Counted from the first letter of the stretch, positions 43,659-53,868 are shown. The stretch: DNA of 64,000 nucleotides from Eubacteriales bacterium (GCA_045539475.1 JAZQFJ010000093.1:3540-67539); one strand, 5' to 3'. Notes: generated by a model from the letters alone, not told the origin. Numbers and translations: made by a program.

Positions 43659-45266
43659 TTATAATACAGTTGCATTTTCTGCAATCCTGGAAATCAGATT
43701 GTAGTCGTTGGTAAGGATTGTATCAATCCCCATTGCGAGATATTCTCTTGCTTCGTCTTCGTCATCCGACCAGAACACATTGCAGATAATGCCGTTTTCG
43801 TGCGCTCTGTCAATCATTTCCTGATCGAATTTTCCTTTGAACAATTGGATTTTTTTGCAATCATACCGGATCGCCCTGTCAACCAGCTCCCGGGGAGCAT
43901 CTCCTGCGCCTACACAGCGGCAAATGTCGGGTGCCATCTGGCGGGCAAGCCGCAGTAAATTGTCATTTCCGGATGTAAAGTACACGTATTTTCTACAGTC
44001 ATATTTGTCAATCAGAGCAATTATTTTACGCAGAGCCTCAGGGTCATATTCACATTGATTATCGACTGTTTTAATGTGAATATTCATAATGGTATGGCAA
44101 GATAATTTTTTCAGGATATCTTCGAATTTCAGAATTTTCAGTCCTTTAAATTTTTCGCCATATTTTATACCGAAATCAAAGGACAGCAGTTCTTCGTAAG
44201 TATAATCATAAATGTTTCCTGTTCCGGTGCTTACCCGATCCAGCTTTTTGTCGTGGCAGGAAACAATCTCACCGTCTTTAGTGACCCAAAGATCAAATTC
44301 AATCTCCTCTGCGCCCATAGCAACCGCCGCACCAAAAGCAGGCATACTGTTTTCCGGAGCAATGGTGTTAAAGCCTCTGTGTGCGCAGAACCGCGGATAA
44401 GGCATGATGTCATCCGGTCTTACAATGGCACTGCCGGCGGGACGGTATTTCCAGGGGCGGCGGCCTTTTTCAATATACTCGTAATGTGCGGCATCCGGAT
44501 TTCCGAAGCCTGCAGGTTTATAATACTTTTTATGTACATCGATCTCCGCCGTGGACAGGCCTATATGGCTTTCCATATGGCAAAGGACTTCTCCCGTCGG
44601 TGCAACCACCATACTTGCACCACCGATATTGGAATTAACGTCCATTGATACAGATGATCGGATCACATAGGTATTGGTATTGTATGCCAGAAATTGAGAC
44701 ATAATCTTCAATGCTTCGTGGGTATCGCTTCTTTGATGGGAGCAGGCAATGATTACATCCAAATTTTGCCTTGCGAGGTTAGGAAAAGCCTCATAGAAAT
44801 AGGCATCATAGCAAATAAGGAATCCAAAGCGAATGCCTTCTATTTCGATTACAGTAGGTTCGGAAAACTCAAAAGAATAATCGCTGTCGAGCTTCATCAC
44901 CGATACTTCGCCGGAGGTTAAGTGCTGTTTATAATACTTCCCCGCAATTTCGCCGTTACGGTTAAAGGCATAGGTTGTGTTTCGCGAGCCCGTTTCGGTT
45001 TCGCTTCTTGCATTTACAAAAAGCAGAGCGTTACATCTTTTCGCAGTGGCACTTGCAATTTCCAGCAATCTTTGATTGTATTTCTCTACGCTTTTCTCTG
45101 CATCTTCCTTTGTCTTTGCTAAGCAGGGGATATCACAGGACTCAGGAAATACGATCAGGTCCATTGAACTGTCGCACTGTTCGAATAATGCCAATTGCTT
45201 TTCAAATAGCTCATCTGAACGGGTATAATCTGTTGAATATTCCGGTTGCGCAACACATACTTTCAT
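43659..45266 (-). CDS. Fusion protein: carbon-nitrogen hydrolase (nitrilase superfamily) plus glycerophosphodiester phosphodiesterase (GDPD)
   Basis: N-terminal E-K-C triad candidates (VFPES, KYYKQHL, FLICYD). C-terminal GDPD motif AHRGFNTIAPENSMPAF...EFDLWVTKDGEIVSCHD. Confidence 0.8.
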   Translation of the reverse strand: MKVCVAQPEYSTDYTRSDELFEKQLALFEQCDSSMDLIVFPESCDIPCLAKTKEDAEKSVEKYNQRLLEIASATAKRCNALLFVNARSETETGSRNTTYAFNRNGEIAGKYYKQHLTSGEVSVMKLDSDYSFEFSEPTVIEIEGIRFGFLICYDAYFYEAFPNLARQNLDVIIACSHQRSDTHEALKIMSQFLAYNTNTYVIRSSVSMDVNSNIGGASMVVAPTGEVLCHMESHIGLSTAEIDVHKKYYKPAGFGNPDAAHYEYIEKGRRPWKYRPAGSAIVRPDDIMPYPRFCAHRGFNTIAPENSMPAFGAAVAMGAEEIEFDLWVTKDGEIVSCHDKKLDRVSTGTGNIYDYTYEELLSFDFGIKYGEKFKGLKILKFEDILKKLSCHTIMNIHIKTVDNQCEYDPEALRKIIALIDKYDCRKYVYFTSGNDNLLRLARQMAPDICRCVGAGDAPRELVDRAIRYDCKKIQLFKGKFDQEMIDRAHENGIICNVFWSDDEDEAREYLAMGIDTILTNDYNLISRIAENATVL

Positions 45267-45340
45267 TTAAATTCCTCCTTACAATATAGCCATATTTTCC
45301 GGTTCACGGCAAAGCCGGAGAGGAGAATGGCTTTAAATCA

Positions 45341-45370
45341 GTATAATATCTGTTTTTGCAGTTATTATAC
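45341..45370. promoter_or_regulatory. Inverted repeat GTATAATA-N14-TATTATAC, candidate LysR operator
   Basis: Lies in the divergent region between the fusion gene and the LysR gene. Confidence 0.35.
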
Positions 45371-45455
45371 CATATGTTAAATCAGATTCACAGCACGAAA
45401 AAATAGGTATTGCTATATAACAATTTATATAGTAAAATAAGGAGGGTGATGAAAA

Positions 45456-46313
45456 ATGAATTTAAATTGGCTGCAATATTTCTTAGAAGTTGCAGAAACA
45501 GAAAATATTACAAAAACTGCCCAAGCGCATCTGTTGCCTCCGTCTGCCATATCGGCTTCCATTAAAAGGCTTGAGCAGGATTTAGGCGTTGCGCTATTTG
45601 ACAGAACACATAATAAGATAACCCTTAACGCAAAAGGAAAATACTTTGCCGCGGAGATGGGGGAAATATTTAAAAAAATAGGGGATGCAACAGCTCAAAT
45701 TACCGCACCTTCTATTGCGCCTCCCGAAATAAAAATCCTTATTCACGCAAGGTCGAAATGGATCACGGAATTGATTGTGGAATATGCTGCCGGAGAACAA
45801 AGCAACAACTTTATCATTTCCAATGACTACGCAAACGCAAATATTGATGATTATGATATTATCATTGATGAGCCTGATAATAAATACAACCATCTGAACC
45901 ATTTTATATTAAGCGTTGAAAGAATTTGCGTTAAGGCTTCATCAAACAGCTCCCTGGTGGGGAAAGAGCTTTATTTTCGGCAACTGGAAGATGAGCCGTT
46001 TATTCTTCCATGCACAGGCAACGGCATGCGGAAGAGGTATGAAGATGCCTGCAAACGCCACAGGATAAAAGAACGTATCATCGTAGAATGCAATGACAGG
46101 CAATGTCTGCACCAGTATGTTTCATCAGGCATAGGACTTACAATCGGTTCATATCGGTCTCTGAAGGACTCTGTCCAACAAAATTTAACTGCTCTCAAAG
46201 TTTTGGATTTTGACGAAATCCAAACTGTATGCGTTTTTTACAAGAATAATGAAAAGCCGGGCTTTTATTTAAAAAACTTTTGTGACTATCTCTATTCAAA
46301 ACGAATTCTATAA
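45456..46313 (+). CDS. LysR family transcriptional regulator
   Basis: MNLNWLQYFLEVAETENITKTAQAHLLPPSAISASIKRLE. Confidence 0.85.
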   Translation: MNLNWLQYFLEVAETENITKTAQAHLLPPSAISASIKRLEQDLGVALFDRTHNKITLNAKGKYFAAEMGEIFKKIGDATAQITAPSIAPPEIKILIHARSKWITELIVEYAAGEQSNNFIISNDYANANIDDYDIIIDEPDNKYNHLNHFILSVERICVKASSNSSLVGKELYFRQLEDEPFILPCTGNGMRKRYEDACKRHRIKERIIVECNDRQCLHQYVSSGIGLTIGSYRSLKDSVQQNLTALKVLDFDEIQTVCVFYKNNEKPGFYLKNFCDYLYSKRIL

Positions 46314-46398
46314 ATCCCTCAACGACAAAATTCCTCTTTACAAAACGTAATATTTATAGTATAATATACATACTGTTTCAAAAACGGAGGGGTTTTGA

Positions 46399-47094
46399 GT
46401 GAAAAACAATATGGATTTTCCGCGCACCTTGTCTCTTTTGCGCAGAGAAAAAAACTTAAGTCAGCGCAAGGTTGCAAAAGAGCTTGGGGTATCTCAGGCG
46501 GTGCTTTCGCACTATGAAAACGGTCTGCGTGAGCCGGGACTTGAGTTTGTTGCAAGAGTAGCGGATTATTATAAAGTGTCGGCAGATTTTCTGCTCGGCA
46601 GAACAATGTCACGAGAGGATTACACAATTACCGCAGAGGATTTGCCCGATAGCTCTGAGGATAAGGACAATGTTCTCCGCGGCAGCATGATGGCAACGCT
46701 TGCAAAAAAGCTTGTTATAAATTCACTTAGCATAATTTTTGATATTGTCGGTAAATCAAAGAACAAGGATCTTATCACAGAAACCGCGGCGTTTTTCAAT
46801 CTTGCGGTGTATAAGGTGTTTCGTTCGCTATACTCGGCGGATAAGGAGAGCAGTGAGGATATCTTCTCCGTTGATGAGCGCATATGGAGCGAGCTTACGA
46901 ATGCCGAAATGTCGTTTACTGCGATGAACATAAAGCGTGAGGCGGAGGGAATAACGGAAGCGAAAGATAAAAAGAGTGAGCTTCCGTCGGTTTCACAGGA
47001 GGATATATCCGCAGAATATCCCGCGCTTTCCCAGTCTCTTTTGTCGGTGCTTCAGTCGGTCGGCAAACGTCTCGGCGAAAGACTTGATAAATAA
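46399..47094 (+). CDS. XRE family HTH regulator with ~160-aa C-terminal domain of unknown function
   Basis: LRREKNLSQRKVAKELGVSQAVLSHYENGLREP. GTG start. Confidence 0.75.
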   Translation: MKNNMDFPRTLSLLRREKNLSQRKVAKELGVSQAVLSHYENGLREPGLEFVARVADYYKVSADFLLGRTMSREDYTITAEDLPDSSEDKDNVLRGSMMATLAKKLVINSLSIIFDIVGKSKNKDLITETAAFFNLAVYKVFRSLYSADKESSEDIFSVDERIWSELTNAEMSFTAMNIKREAEGITEAKDKKSELPSVSQEDISAEYPALSQSLLSVLQSVGKRLGERLDK

Positions 47095-47099
47095 TATTT

Positions 47100-47131
47100 A
47101 AAAGGGGTTCGAAAGAACCCCCTTTATTTTT
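47100..47131. terminator. Bidirectional terminator
   Basis: AAAGGGGTTC-GAAA-GAACCCCCTTT plus T run, between convergent genes. Confidence 0.75.
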
Positions 47132-47135
47132 GTGC

Positions 47136-48167
47136 TTACACTCCGATTGAGGTTTTAATCTCTGTCCAGAGCTCATCATAGATTTTTGTTTTGTCGCCGA
47201 GCGAGGAGAAAATTTCAAGGTCATACTTTGTTATATCCGGATATGCTGTCGGGTCTTTTCCCGCTTCTCCCATAAGCTCACGTGCGGGCGTGCTGGGTGA
47301 GGAATAGCCGATGTATTCCGCGTTCTTCGCTGCGATATCGGCACGGCACATAAAGTTTATAAACTGCTCGGCACCGTCTTTGTTCTCGCAGCTTGCGGGG
47401 ATACACATAGAATCAAAGAAGATGTTTGAGCCCTCGGACGGGATAACGTATTCAAGGTCCGGATTTTCGCCCTTGCAGTAAACCGCATCGCCTGCATATA
47501 CGAGAGCAAGAGCAGCTTCACCGCCGATCATTTTATCCTTTACCTCATCAACAACCCATGTGAGAACGAGCGGGCTTTGATCAATAAGCTTCTGCTTTGC
47601 TGCCTGAAGAGAAGCGGCGTCGGTTGTGTTCAGACTATGGCCGAGATATTTAAGCGTAATGCCGATAGCATCGCGCTGGCTGTTCATCATAATGATGTTA
47701 TCCTTGTATTTCTCATCCCAGAGCGCGCCCCAGCTTGTCGGTGCTTCATCTACCATAGTTTTGTTATAGAGAATGCCGACTGTTCCCCAGGTATAAGGTA
47801 CGGAATATTTGTTATCCTTGTCAAATGACAGGTTTTTATATTCTGCATCAATATTGCCGTAATTTGTGATTTTGCTCATATCAATCTCGGAGAGAAGATT
47901 TTCCGCAATCATACGCTCAATCATATAATCCGACGGGATGATAACGTCATATGAGTTGTTTGAATTTTTTATTTTCGTGTACATATCCTCATTTGTCTCA
48001 AACATTTCATATATAACGCGCATTCCGCTTTCTTCCTCGAATTGGTCGATTACGCCGGGCGCGATATAGTCACCCCAGTTGTACACCTTTACGACTGGTC
48101 TGTCGTCGCCGCAGGATGAAAAGAGCAGGCAGAGCACTGCAGAAAGAGCCAAAACAATTTTTTTCAT
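47136..48167 (-). CDS. potD: Spermidine/putrescine ABC substrate-binding lipoprotein
   Basis: Lipobox LFSSC. PotD-like body (VYNWGDYI...PSDYM...YTWGTVGI). Confidence 0.9.
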   Translation of the reverse strand: MKKIVLALSAVLCLLFSSCGDDRPVVKVYNWGDYIAPGVIDQFEEESGMRVIYEMFETNEDMYTKIKNSNNSYDVIIPSDYMIERMIAENLLSEIDMSKITNYGNIDAEYKNLSFDKDNKYSVPYTWGTVGILYNKTMVDEAPTSWGALWDEKYKDNIIMMNSQRDAIGITLKYLGHSLNTTDAASLQAAKQKLIDQSPLVLTWVVDEVKDKMIGGEAALALVYAGDAVYCKGENPDLEYVIPSEGSNIFFDSMCIPASCENKDGAEQFINFMCRADIAAKNAEYIGYSSPSTPARELMGEAGKDPTAYPDITKYDLEIFSSLGDKTKIYDELWTEIKTSIGV

Positions 48168-48961
48168 TATATTCTCATACTCCTTTTTGATTTATTGTGG
48201 TCTTTTTTTGCCGCGCCGACATTCGCAACAATAAGGATTATCAGAATTGCGGCAAACATTATGGTTGAAAGCGCATTGATTTCGGGCTTTATTCCGCGCT
48301 TTGCCATTGTGTAGATTGAAATAGAGAGATTGCTTACGCCGTTGCCGGTGGTGAAAAAGCTGATGATAAAGTCATCAATCGACATTGTAAGCGAAAGAAG
48401 AAATCCGGTGAACACACCGGGCAGAAGCTCTGGGAACATTATCCGCCAAAAGGATTCCGTCGGCGTACAGCCGAGGTCCTGCGCCGCATCGTATAAGCTC
48501 CAGTCAAGCTGGCGTGCTTTCGGCAGAACCGCGAGAATAACATACGGAATACAAAAGGTTATATGAGAGAGCAGCATCGTGAAGAAACCGAGGTCAAGTC
48601 CCATGAGGGTAAAGAGAAGCATCAGAGAGACACCGGTTACGATTTCTGCATTGAGCATCGGGATATATGCAACGGACAGAACCAGCGTGCTGCCGCCGCC
48701 TTTTTTTCTGGCAAGACCGTACGCTGCCATAGAACCGATGATTGTTGCGATAAGTGCAGCGAGAAAGCCGCACAGAAGCGTGGTATAAAGCGAGGACATA
48801 AGAGAGTCATTTGAGAACAGCTGGCGGTACCAGTCAAGCGTAAAGCCCTGCCAGTTTGCGCGGGATTTGGATGCATTGAACGAGAAAACCATAAGGACGG
48901 CTATCGGGGCATACAAAAACGCGAGGACGAGACCGATATAGCATTTTGAAAGCTTTTTCAT
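48167..48961 (-). CDS. potC: Spermidine/putrescine ABC permease
   Basis: 264 aa. EAA loop DAAQDLGCTP. Overlaps neighbouring genes. Confidence 0.88.
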   Translation of the reverse strand: MKKLSKCYIGLVLAFLYAPIAVLMVFSFNASKSRANWQGFTLDWYRQLFSNDSLMSSLYTTLLCGFLAALIATIIGSMAAYGLARKKGGGSTLVLSVAYIPMLNAEIVTGVSLMLLFTLMGLDLGFFTMLLSHITFCIPYVILAVLPKARQLDWSLYDAAQDLGCTPTESFWRIMFPELLPGVFTGFLLSLTMSIDDFIISFFTTGNGVSNLSISIYTMAKRGIKPEINALSTIMFAAILIILIVANVGAAKKDHNKSKRSMRI

Positions 48962-49794
48962 CGAAGTATTCTACCTCCGTTTGCGGCTCCCGATTCAACA
49001 TCGCCGCGGTTTATAAAGTACATAAATATAAGAACAATAACCATTATAACGACGCTGAGAGCACTTCCGAAGTGCCAGTCATTCACAACGCGGAACTGCT
49101 GTTCGATAACATCGCCGATAAGAGGAACCTTGCCGCCGCCCATAAGCTGGGAGATTACAAAGGTTGTAACGCTTGGCACAAAAACCATCGAAACTCCCGA
49201 TAAAATCCCCGGCACAGAGAAGGGGAGAGTGACGCGCAAAAAAGCCTGAAAGGGATTTGCCCCGAGGTCTGCCGCCGCTTCAAGATGGCTTTCGTCAAGC
49301 TTTAAGAGCGTTATGTAAATCGGCATAATCATAAACGGAAGATAGTTATACACCGTGCCCAGGATAACGGCGCCCTCGTTGTAGAGAAAACGAACCTTAG
49401 GCAGACCGAGAGAGGCTAAAACCGTGTTTATGATTCCCGTATTTTCGAGAATGGAAAGCCATGAATATGTGCGGAGAAGAAAGTTCATCCACATAGGCAG
49501 AAGCATAAGAATCACGATGATAAATTTTGCACGTGAGCGGCTTCTTGCCAGAATGTATGCCGCGGGATAGCCGCAAAGGATGCACACAAGGGTGGAGATA
49601 ATCGCAATTTTAAAGCTTTTAAGGACCACTCCGAGATACATGGGGTCGGCAAGGCGCGAAAAACCTTCAAGGGAAAACTCAAAGCCCGTGCCGCCTGCGC
49701 GTGTAAACGCAAAATAAATTACGATGGCAAGCGGGAAAAGGACGAACACCGCTGTCCACACATACAGCGGAATCAAGCAAGCATTTTTTTTCAA
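48958..49794 (-). CDS. potB: Spermidine/putrescine ABC permease
   Basis: 278 aa. EAAADLGANPFQAF. Confidence 0.88.
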   Translation of the reverse strand: MKKNACLIPLYVWTAVFVLFPLAIVIYFAFTRAGGTGFEFSLEGFSRLADPMYLGVVLKSFKIAIISTLVCILCGYPAAYILARSRSRAKFIIVILMLLPMWMNFLLRTYSWLSILENTGIINTVLASLGLPKVRFLYNEGAVILGTVYNYLPFMIMPIYITLLKLDESHLEAAADLGANPFQAFLRVTLPFSVPGILSGVSMVFVPSVTTFVISQLMGGGKVPLIGDVIEQQFRVVNDWHFGSALSVVIMVIVLIFMYFINRGDVESGAANGGRILR

Positions 49795-50885
49795 ATCTCG
49801 ACCTCCGAAATTTCATCAGAAGTAATTTTTTTCCTGTCCGGGGAGTTTTCGCTCTTGTGCATGACCTGAATGTTTTCGGGGTCAACACGGAGAGAAACGA
49901 TGCTTCCGGGAGGACAGTTTACAGTGGATTGAGCGATAATGGTCTCGCCGCAGACATCTACGCGCATTTCGTAGTGAACGCCCTTGAATATGGAAGAAAC
50001 GACCTCTCCGGAGGGAAGATTTTCGCACTTCGGAACGAGGATAACGTCCTCCGGACGGAGAACAACGTCAACCGGGGCATTCTCGCCAAAGCCGCGGTCA
50101 ATACACGGGAAAATGCAATCAAGGAACTTTACCTCAAGGTCGCGCACCATTGTCGCACAGAGAATATTGCTGTCGCCGATAAAATCTGCAACAAAGGCGT
50201 TTTTCGGCTCGTTGTATATATCCTGAGGTGTGCCTATCTGCTGAATCTTACCGCCGTTCATAACGACGATGGTATCCGACATGGTAAGCGCCTCTTCCTG
50301 GTCGTGGGTAACGTATGCAAAGGTAATTCCGCTTTCCTGCTGGATGCGTTTGAGCTCTATCTGCATTTCTTTGCGAAGCTTTAAATCAAGCGCGCCGAGC
50401 GGTTCGTCAAGGAGAAGAATATCGGGCTTATTGATAAGCGCGCGGGCAACGGCAACACGCTGCTGCTGACCGCCGGAAAGCGTGGTTACATCACGGTCAC
50501 GGAAGCCGCGCAGGGACACAAGCTCAAGCATTTCGTCAACATCGCGGTCAATCTTCTTTTTGTCCCATTTTTTAATATTCGGACCAAAGGCGATGTTTTC
50601 GCCGACGGTCATCTTCGGGAATAGAGCATAGCGCTGGAAAACGGTGTTGATGTTGCGCTTGTGCGGCGGAACATCATTTATGCGTTTTCCACGATAGAAT
50701 ATATCGCCCTGCGTAGGCGTAAGAAATCCGCCGATGATCCGCAGAAGCGTTGTCTTTCCGCAACCGGATGGCCCGAGCAGGGTGAGAAATTCGTTTTTTT
50801 CGATATATAAATTTATTCCGTTTAAAACATCCATTCCGTCAAAGGTTTTGTAGATGCCGGAAAGCTCTAAAATACGTTCTCCCAT
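49791..50885 (-). CDS. potA: Spermidine/putrescine ABC ATP-binding protein
   Basis: [25 protein letters not shown]-terminal TOBE-like domain. Confidence 0.92.
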   Translation of the reverse strand: MGERILELSGIYKTFDGMDVLNGINLYIEKNEFLTLLGPSGCGKTTLLRIIGGFLTPTQGDIFYRGKRINDVPPHKRNINTVFQRYALFPKMTVGENIAFGPNIKKWDKKKIDRDVDEMLELVSLRGFRDRDVTTLSGGQQQRVAVARALINKPDILLLDEPLGALDLKLRKEMQIELKRIQQESGITFAYVTHDQEEALTMSDTIVVMNGGKIQQIGTPQDIYNEPKNAFVADFIGDSNILCATMVRDLEVKFLDCIFPCIDRGFGENAPVDVVLRPEDVILVPKCENLPSGEVVSSIFKGVHYEMRVDVCGETIIAQSTVNCPPGSIVSLRVDPENIQVMHKSENSPDRKKITSDEISEVEI

Positions 50886-50910
50886 TTCATTCTCCTGTAA
50901 TTACAAAGTT

Positions 50911-51062
50911 TTTTCGTCTCCGCCGGAGGCGGGGATGTACAGCATATATCAAAAATTTGGCGGGGATGATACCCCGAAGCTGTGCTTTCAATTATCCTTT
51001 CGTCTCCGCCGGAGGCGGAGATGAAACAACAAATTAAAAGTTCGGTGGGGAAGATACCCACA
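50911..51062. repeat. Two tandem ~86-bp units, each with palindrome TCTCCGCC-GGA-GGCGG(A/G)GA and a GG(C/T)GGGGA(T/A)GATACCC motif
   Basis: Palindromes at 50917-50935 and 51003-51021. Second motif at 50959-50975 and 51044-51059. The upstream unit includes the last codons of the regulator gene. Confidence 0.6.
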
Positions 51063-51579
51063 ATATCTGTGCAGTGGATTTTCCGCGGTTTTTTATGCTG
51101 TGCTGTTTGTCGGCTTTGAAATAGAACGCATCGCCGCGGCGCAGACGTTCCGTTTTCATACCGAGACGGAGTGTTATTGAACCGGAAAGGACGTAACCGA
51201 ATTCTTCGCCTGCGTGAGGCATATCGACCGGAGTTTCCTTGCCGGGAAGAAGCTCATACAAAATCGGCTCCATCGAATTTCTCTGTGCCGTGGATACAAG
51301 CCACGTCATCTTTCCTATGTCCTCCACGGTTTTTTCGCACATATCTTCGCTCTTGTATACGACAGGTGCAGAATCGCCGGTCTGTGCAAAAAATTCCTCG
51401 AAGGATGTGCCGAGGGCATCAAAAATATCAGACAGCGTTGCAAGGCTTGGTGACGTGCTGTTGGATTCAAGCTGGGAGATAAAGCCCTTTGAAAGCTCGC
51501 AACGATCCGCAAGCTCCTGTTGCGTAAGCCCGTAATAAAGCCGGAGCAGCTTTATTCTTCCGCCGATATCAATATTCAC
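51034..51579 (-). CDS. XRE-family HTH plus cupin transcriptional regulator (PuuR-like)
   Basis: LRLYYGLTQQELADRCELSKGFISQLE plus C-terminal cupin (GEEFGYVLSG...GDAFYF). Confidence 0.85.
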   Translation of the reverse strand: MNIDIGGRIKLLRLYYGLTQQELADRCELSKGFISQLESNSTSPSLATLSDIFDALGTSFEEFFAQTGDSAPVVYKSEDMCEKTVEDIGKMTWLVSTAQRNSMEPILYELLPGKETPVDMPHAGEEFGYVLSGSITLRLGMKTERLRRGDAFYFKADKQHSIKNRGKSTAQILWVSSPPNF

Positions 51580-51884
51580 GGTATCACCTTCGCCCTTTCA
51601 CGATATCAGCCCACGCAGGAAAAGCTTCCCGGCGTGGGTTTTGTAAAAATAAACTTTAAGTTTGGTAATGTGAAATACAATATAACATATCTATATGAAA
51701 ATGTCAATAGATTTTAAACATATTCCGCCAAAATTTTTACAGAAGTTCCACAGCGGTTTTTAACTGTTTTTTCTGTGTGATGCGCATAGAGCGAGGAGAG
51801 AAGAACATATTGAATGATTTGCCCTCCTTAGCCTGAGAGGTCAAGAAAAAAAAAGAAAAACAAAAGAAAATATCTGTTTCTCCT

Positions 51885-51912
51885 TTACAACCTGTAAAGT
51901 TTGTGTTACAAT
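51885..51912 (+). promoter_or_regulatory. Candidate promoter TTACAA-16-TACAAT with TGT extended -10
   Basis: Read directly, about 40 nt upstream of the capD-like start. Confidence 0.45.
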
Positions 51913-51952
51913 AGTATTAATTATGCGTGAAGATGTAAAGGGGTTTGTAATA

Positions 51953-53833
51953 ATGAAGCTCGGCGTCAAATCGGTTTCCTACATATTAATAGATATACTT
52001 TGTTTTTTTGCCGCATTTTTCTTTGCGGCTCTTTTGCGTTTTGATATGGTACCTACAGAGGCATTTTCGTTCCTCGCCCGTGCAGGATGGATTTACTATG
52101 CTGTCTGTGCCGCGTGCGTTTTCGGTCTGAGTTTTCTTCTCGGAACATACCGCGCGCTGTTCGTAAGCATCTCTTTCCGCGACGTTTTGCGTCAGCTTGA
52201 AATTTCGTTTATAACGGTTGTTGCGGCATGGCTTGCGCATCTTATATTTGAAATACCGGTGTCGATGAGCATAACGCTTATGTTTGCGTTCTTCTTTGCG
52301 GTTATGACTGTCGGTGTGCGTTGCGTTGAGCACATCTTCAAAATATTTCTGACAAGACACCGTCCGGACGGAGAAAGCCTTCGTCGGGTTATTGTGGTAG
52401 GTGCGGGTACGGCAGGCAATATGCTTATTCATATGCTTACAACGCACCGTGGTATGGGGCTTATTCCGGTCGGCGTTGTAGATGATGATGCAACAAAGCA
52501 GAATATGACGCTTTCGGGTGTGCGCGTTCTCGGCAAAATCGAAGACGTGCCGAGAATTGCGAAGGAGCGCCGCGCAGATGAAATCATCATTGCCATTCCG
52601 TCAGCGGATTCCGAAACCTTCAAGGCTATTTACGAAAAATGCCGCAGTGCGGAAATCTCTGTAAAAACCTTTGGAAACCTTATGGATTTTCATCGGTTTA
52701 TGTCGGGAACAAAGACTGCGCTTCGCGATTTGTCAATTGAAGATTTGCTTTTCCGTGATTCGATAAAAACGGATATGAGTACGGTGAAAAGCTTTATGGA
52801 AGGAAAGTGTGTGCTCGTTACGGGAGGCGCGGGAAGCATAGGCTCTGAAATATGCCGTCAGGCGCTTGAGTATGGCTGTAAGTATCTTGTTATTATGGAC
52901 ATAAACGAAAACGGGCTCTTTTACTTGCAAAACGACCTGCTTGCAAAGTATCCGCGTGAGCGCTTTTGCGTGCGGGTGGGAAGCGTTCGTGACAAGGAGC
53001 GCATGGGCTACCTTTTCCGCCGTCACAAGTTTGATATCGTATATCATGCCGCTGCACACAAGCATGTTCCGCTTATGGAGGATAATGTTTTTGAAGCTGT
53101 CAAGAACAATATTTTCGGAACGAAAAACACCATCGAGTGTTGCATAGAGCACGGCGTTAAAAAATTTGTGCTTATTTCCACGGATAAGGCAGTGAATCCG
53201 ACGAATATCATGGGCGCGACAAAGCGTGCGGCGGAGCTTCTTGTACAGAGATATAACGGTCGCGGATGTGAGCTTGCTGCTGTCCGTTTCGGAAACGTTC
53301 TCGGCTCAAACGGATCGGTTATTCCGATATTTAAAAAGCAGATTGAAGAAGGCGGGCCGGTAACGGTTACGCATCGCAATATAATGCGTTATTTTATGAC
53401 GATTCCGGAGGCTGTGTCGCTGGTTCTCAATGCCGGCGCATCTGCGCACGGAGGAGAAATTTTCGTGCTGGATATGGGACAACCTGTCAGCATCTATGAC
53501 CTTGCCTGCAATATGATTGAGCTTGCAGGTCTCACCGTAGGCCGCGATATTGAAATTGAAATTACAGGGCTTCGTCCGGGGGAAAAACTGTTTGAGGAAT
53601 TAAAGCTTGAGGACGAAACACACACGAGAACAAATCACGATAAGATTTTCATTATGCACACAAAGGAAGCTACAGAAAAGGTTGATAAGGATATTGAGCA
53701 GCTGGCAGAGCTTCTTGCGACCGACAGTGGGGAAGCGGCATTGCGCGAGGCGGTATTTGAAACTATATCCGTTGACTTTGCCGAAAGCACACGTCACGGC
53801 GGAGAGCTTTCAGAGTTCTGCGAACTGAAATAA
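51953..53833 (+). CDS. Membrane-anchored polysaccharide biosynthesis protein CapD/WbpM/PglF-like (NDP-sugar 4,6-dehydratase)
   Basis: Four N-terminal TM segments, two Rossmann motifs (VVGAGTAG, VTGGAGSIGSE), YxxxK region AAAHKHV. Confidence 0.85.
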   Translation: MKLGVKSVSYILIDILCFFAAFFFAALLRFDMVPTEAFSFLARAGWIYYAVCAACVFGLSFLLGTYRALFVSISFRDVLRQLEISFITVVAAWLAHLIFEIPVSMSITLMFAFFFAVMTVGVRCVEHIFKIFLTRHRPDGESLRRVIVVGAGTAGNMLIHMLTTHRGMGLIPVGVVDDDATKQNMTLSGVRVLGKIEDVPRIAKERRADEIIIAIPSADSETFKAIYEKCRSAEISVKTFGNLMDFHRFMSGTKTALRDLSIEDLLFRDSIKTDMSTVKSFMEGKCVLVTGGAGSIGSEICRQALEYGCKYLVIMDINENGLFYLQNDLLAKYPRERFCVRVGSVRDKERMGYLFRRHKFDIVYHAAAHKHVPLMEDNVFEAVKNNIFGTKNTIECCIEHGVKKFVLISTDKAVNPTNIMGATKRAAELLVQRYNGRGCELAAVRFGNVLGSNGSVIPIFKKQIEEGGPVTVTHRNIMRYFMTIPEAVSLVLNAGASAHGGEIFVLDMGQPVSIYDLACNMIELAGLTVGRDIEIEITGLRPGEKLFEELKLEDETHTRTNHDKIFIMHTKEATEKVDKDIEQLAELLATDSGEAALREAVFETISVDFAESTRHGGELSEFCELK

Positions 53834-53868
53834 GACAGAAAAAAATTATAATAATTCTTAAAAAAGTG

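Noticed and set aside
50867-51061. 64-aa minus-strand ORF between the regulator gene and potA
   Set aside because: It is made of the tandem repeat units, overlaps the potA start and the regulator gene end, and has no RBS.
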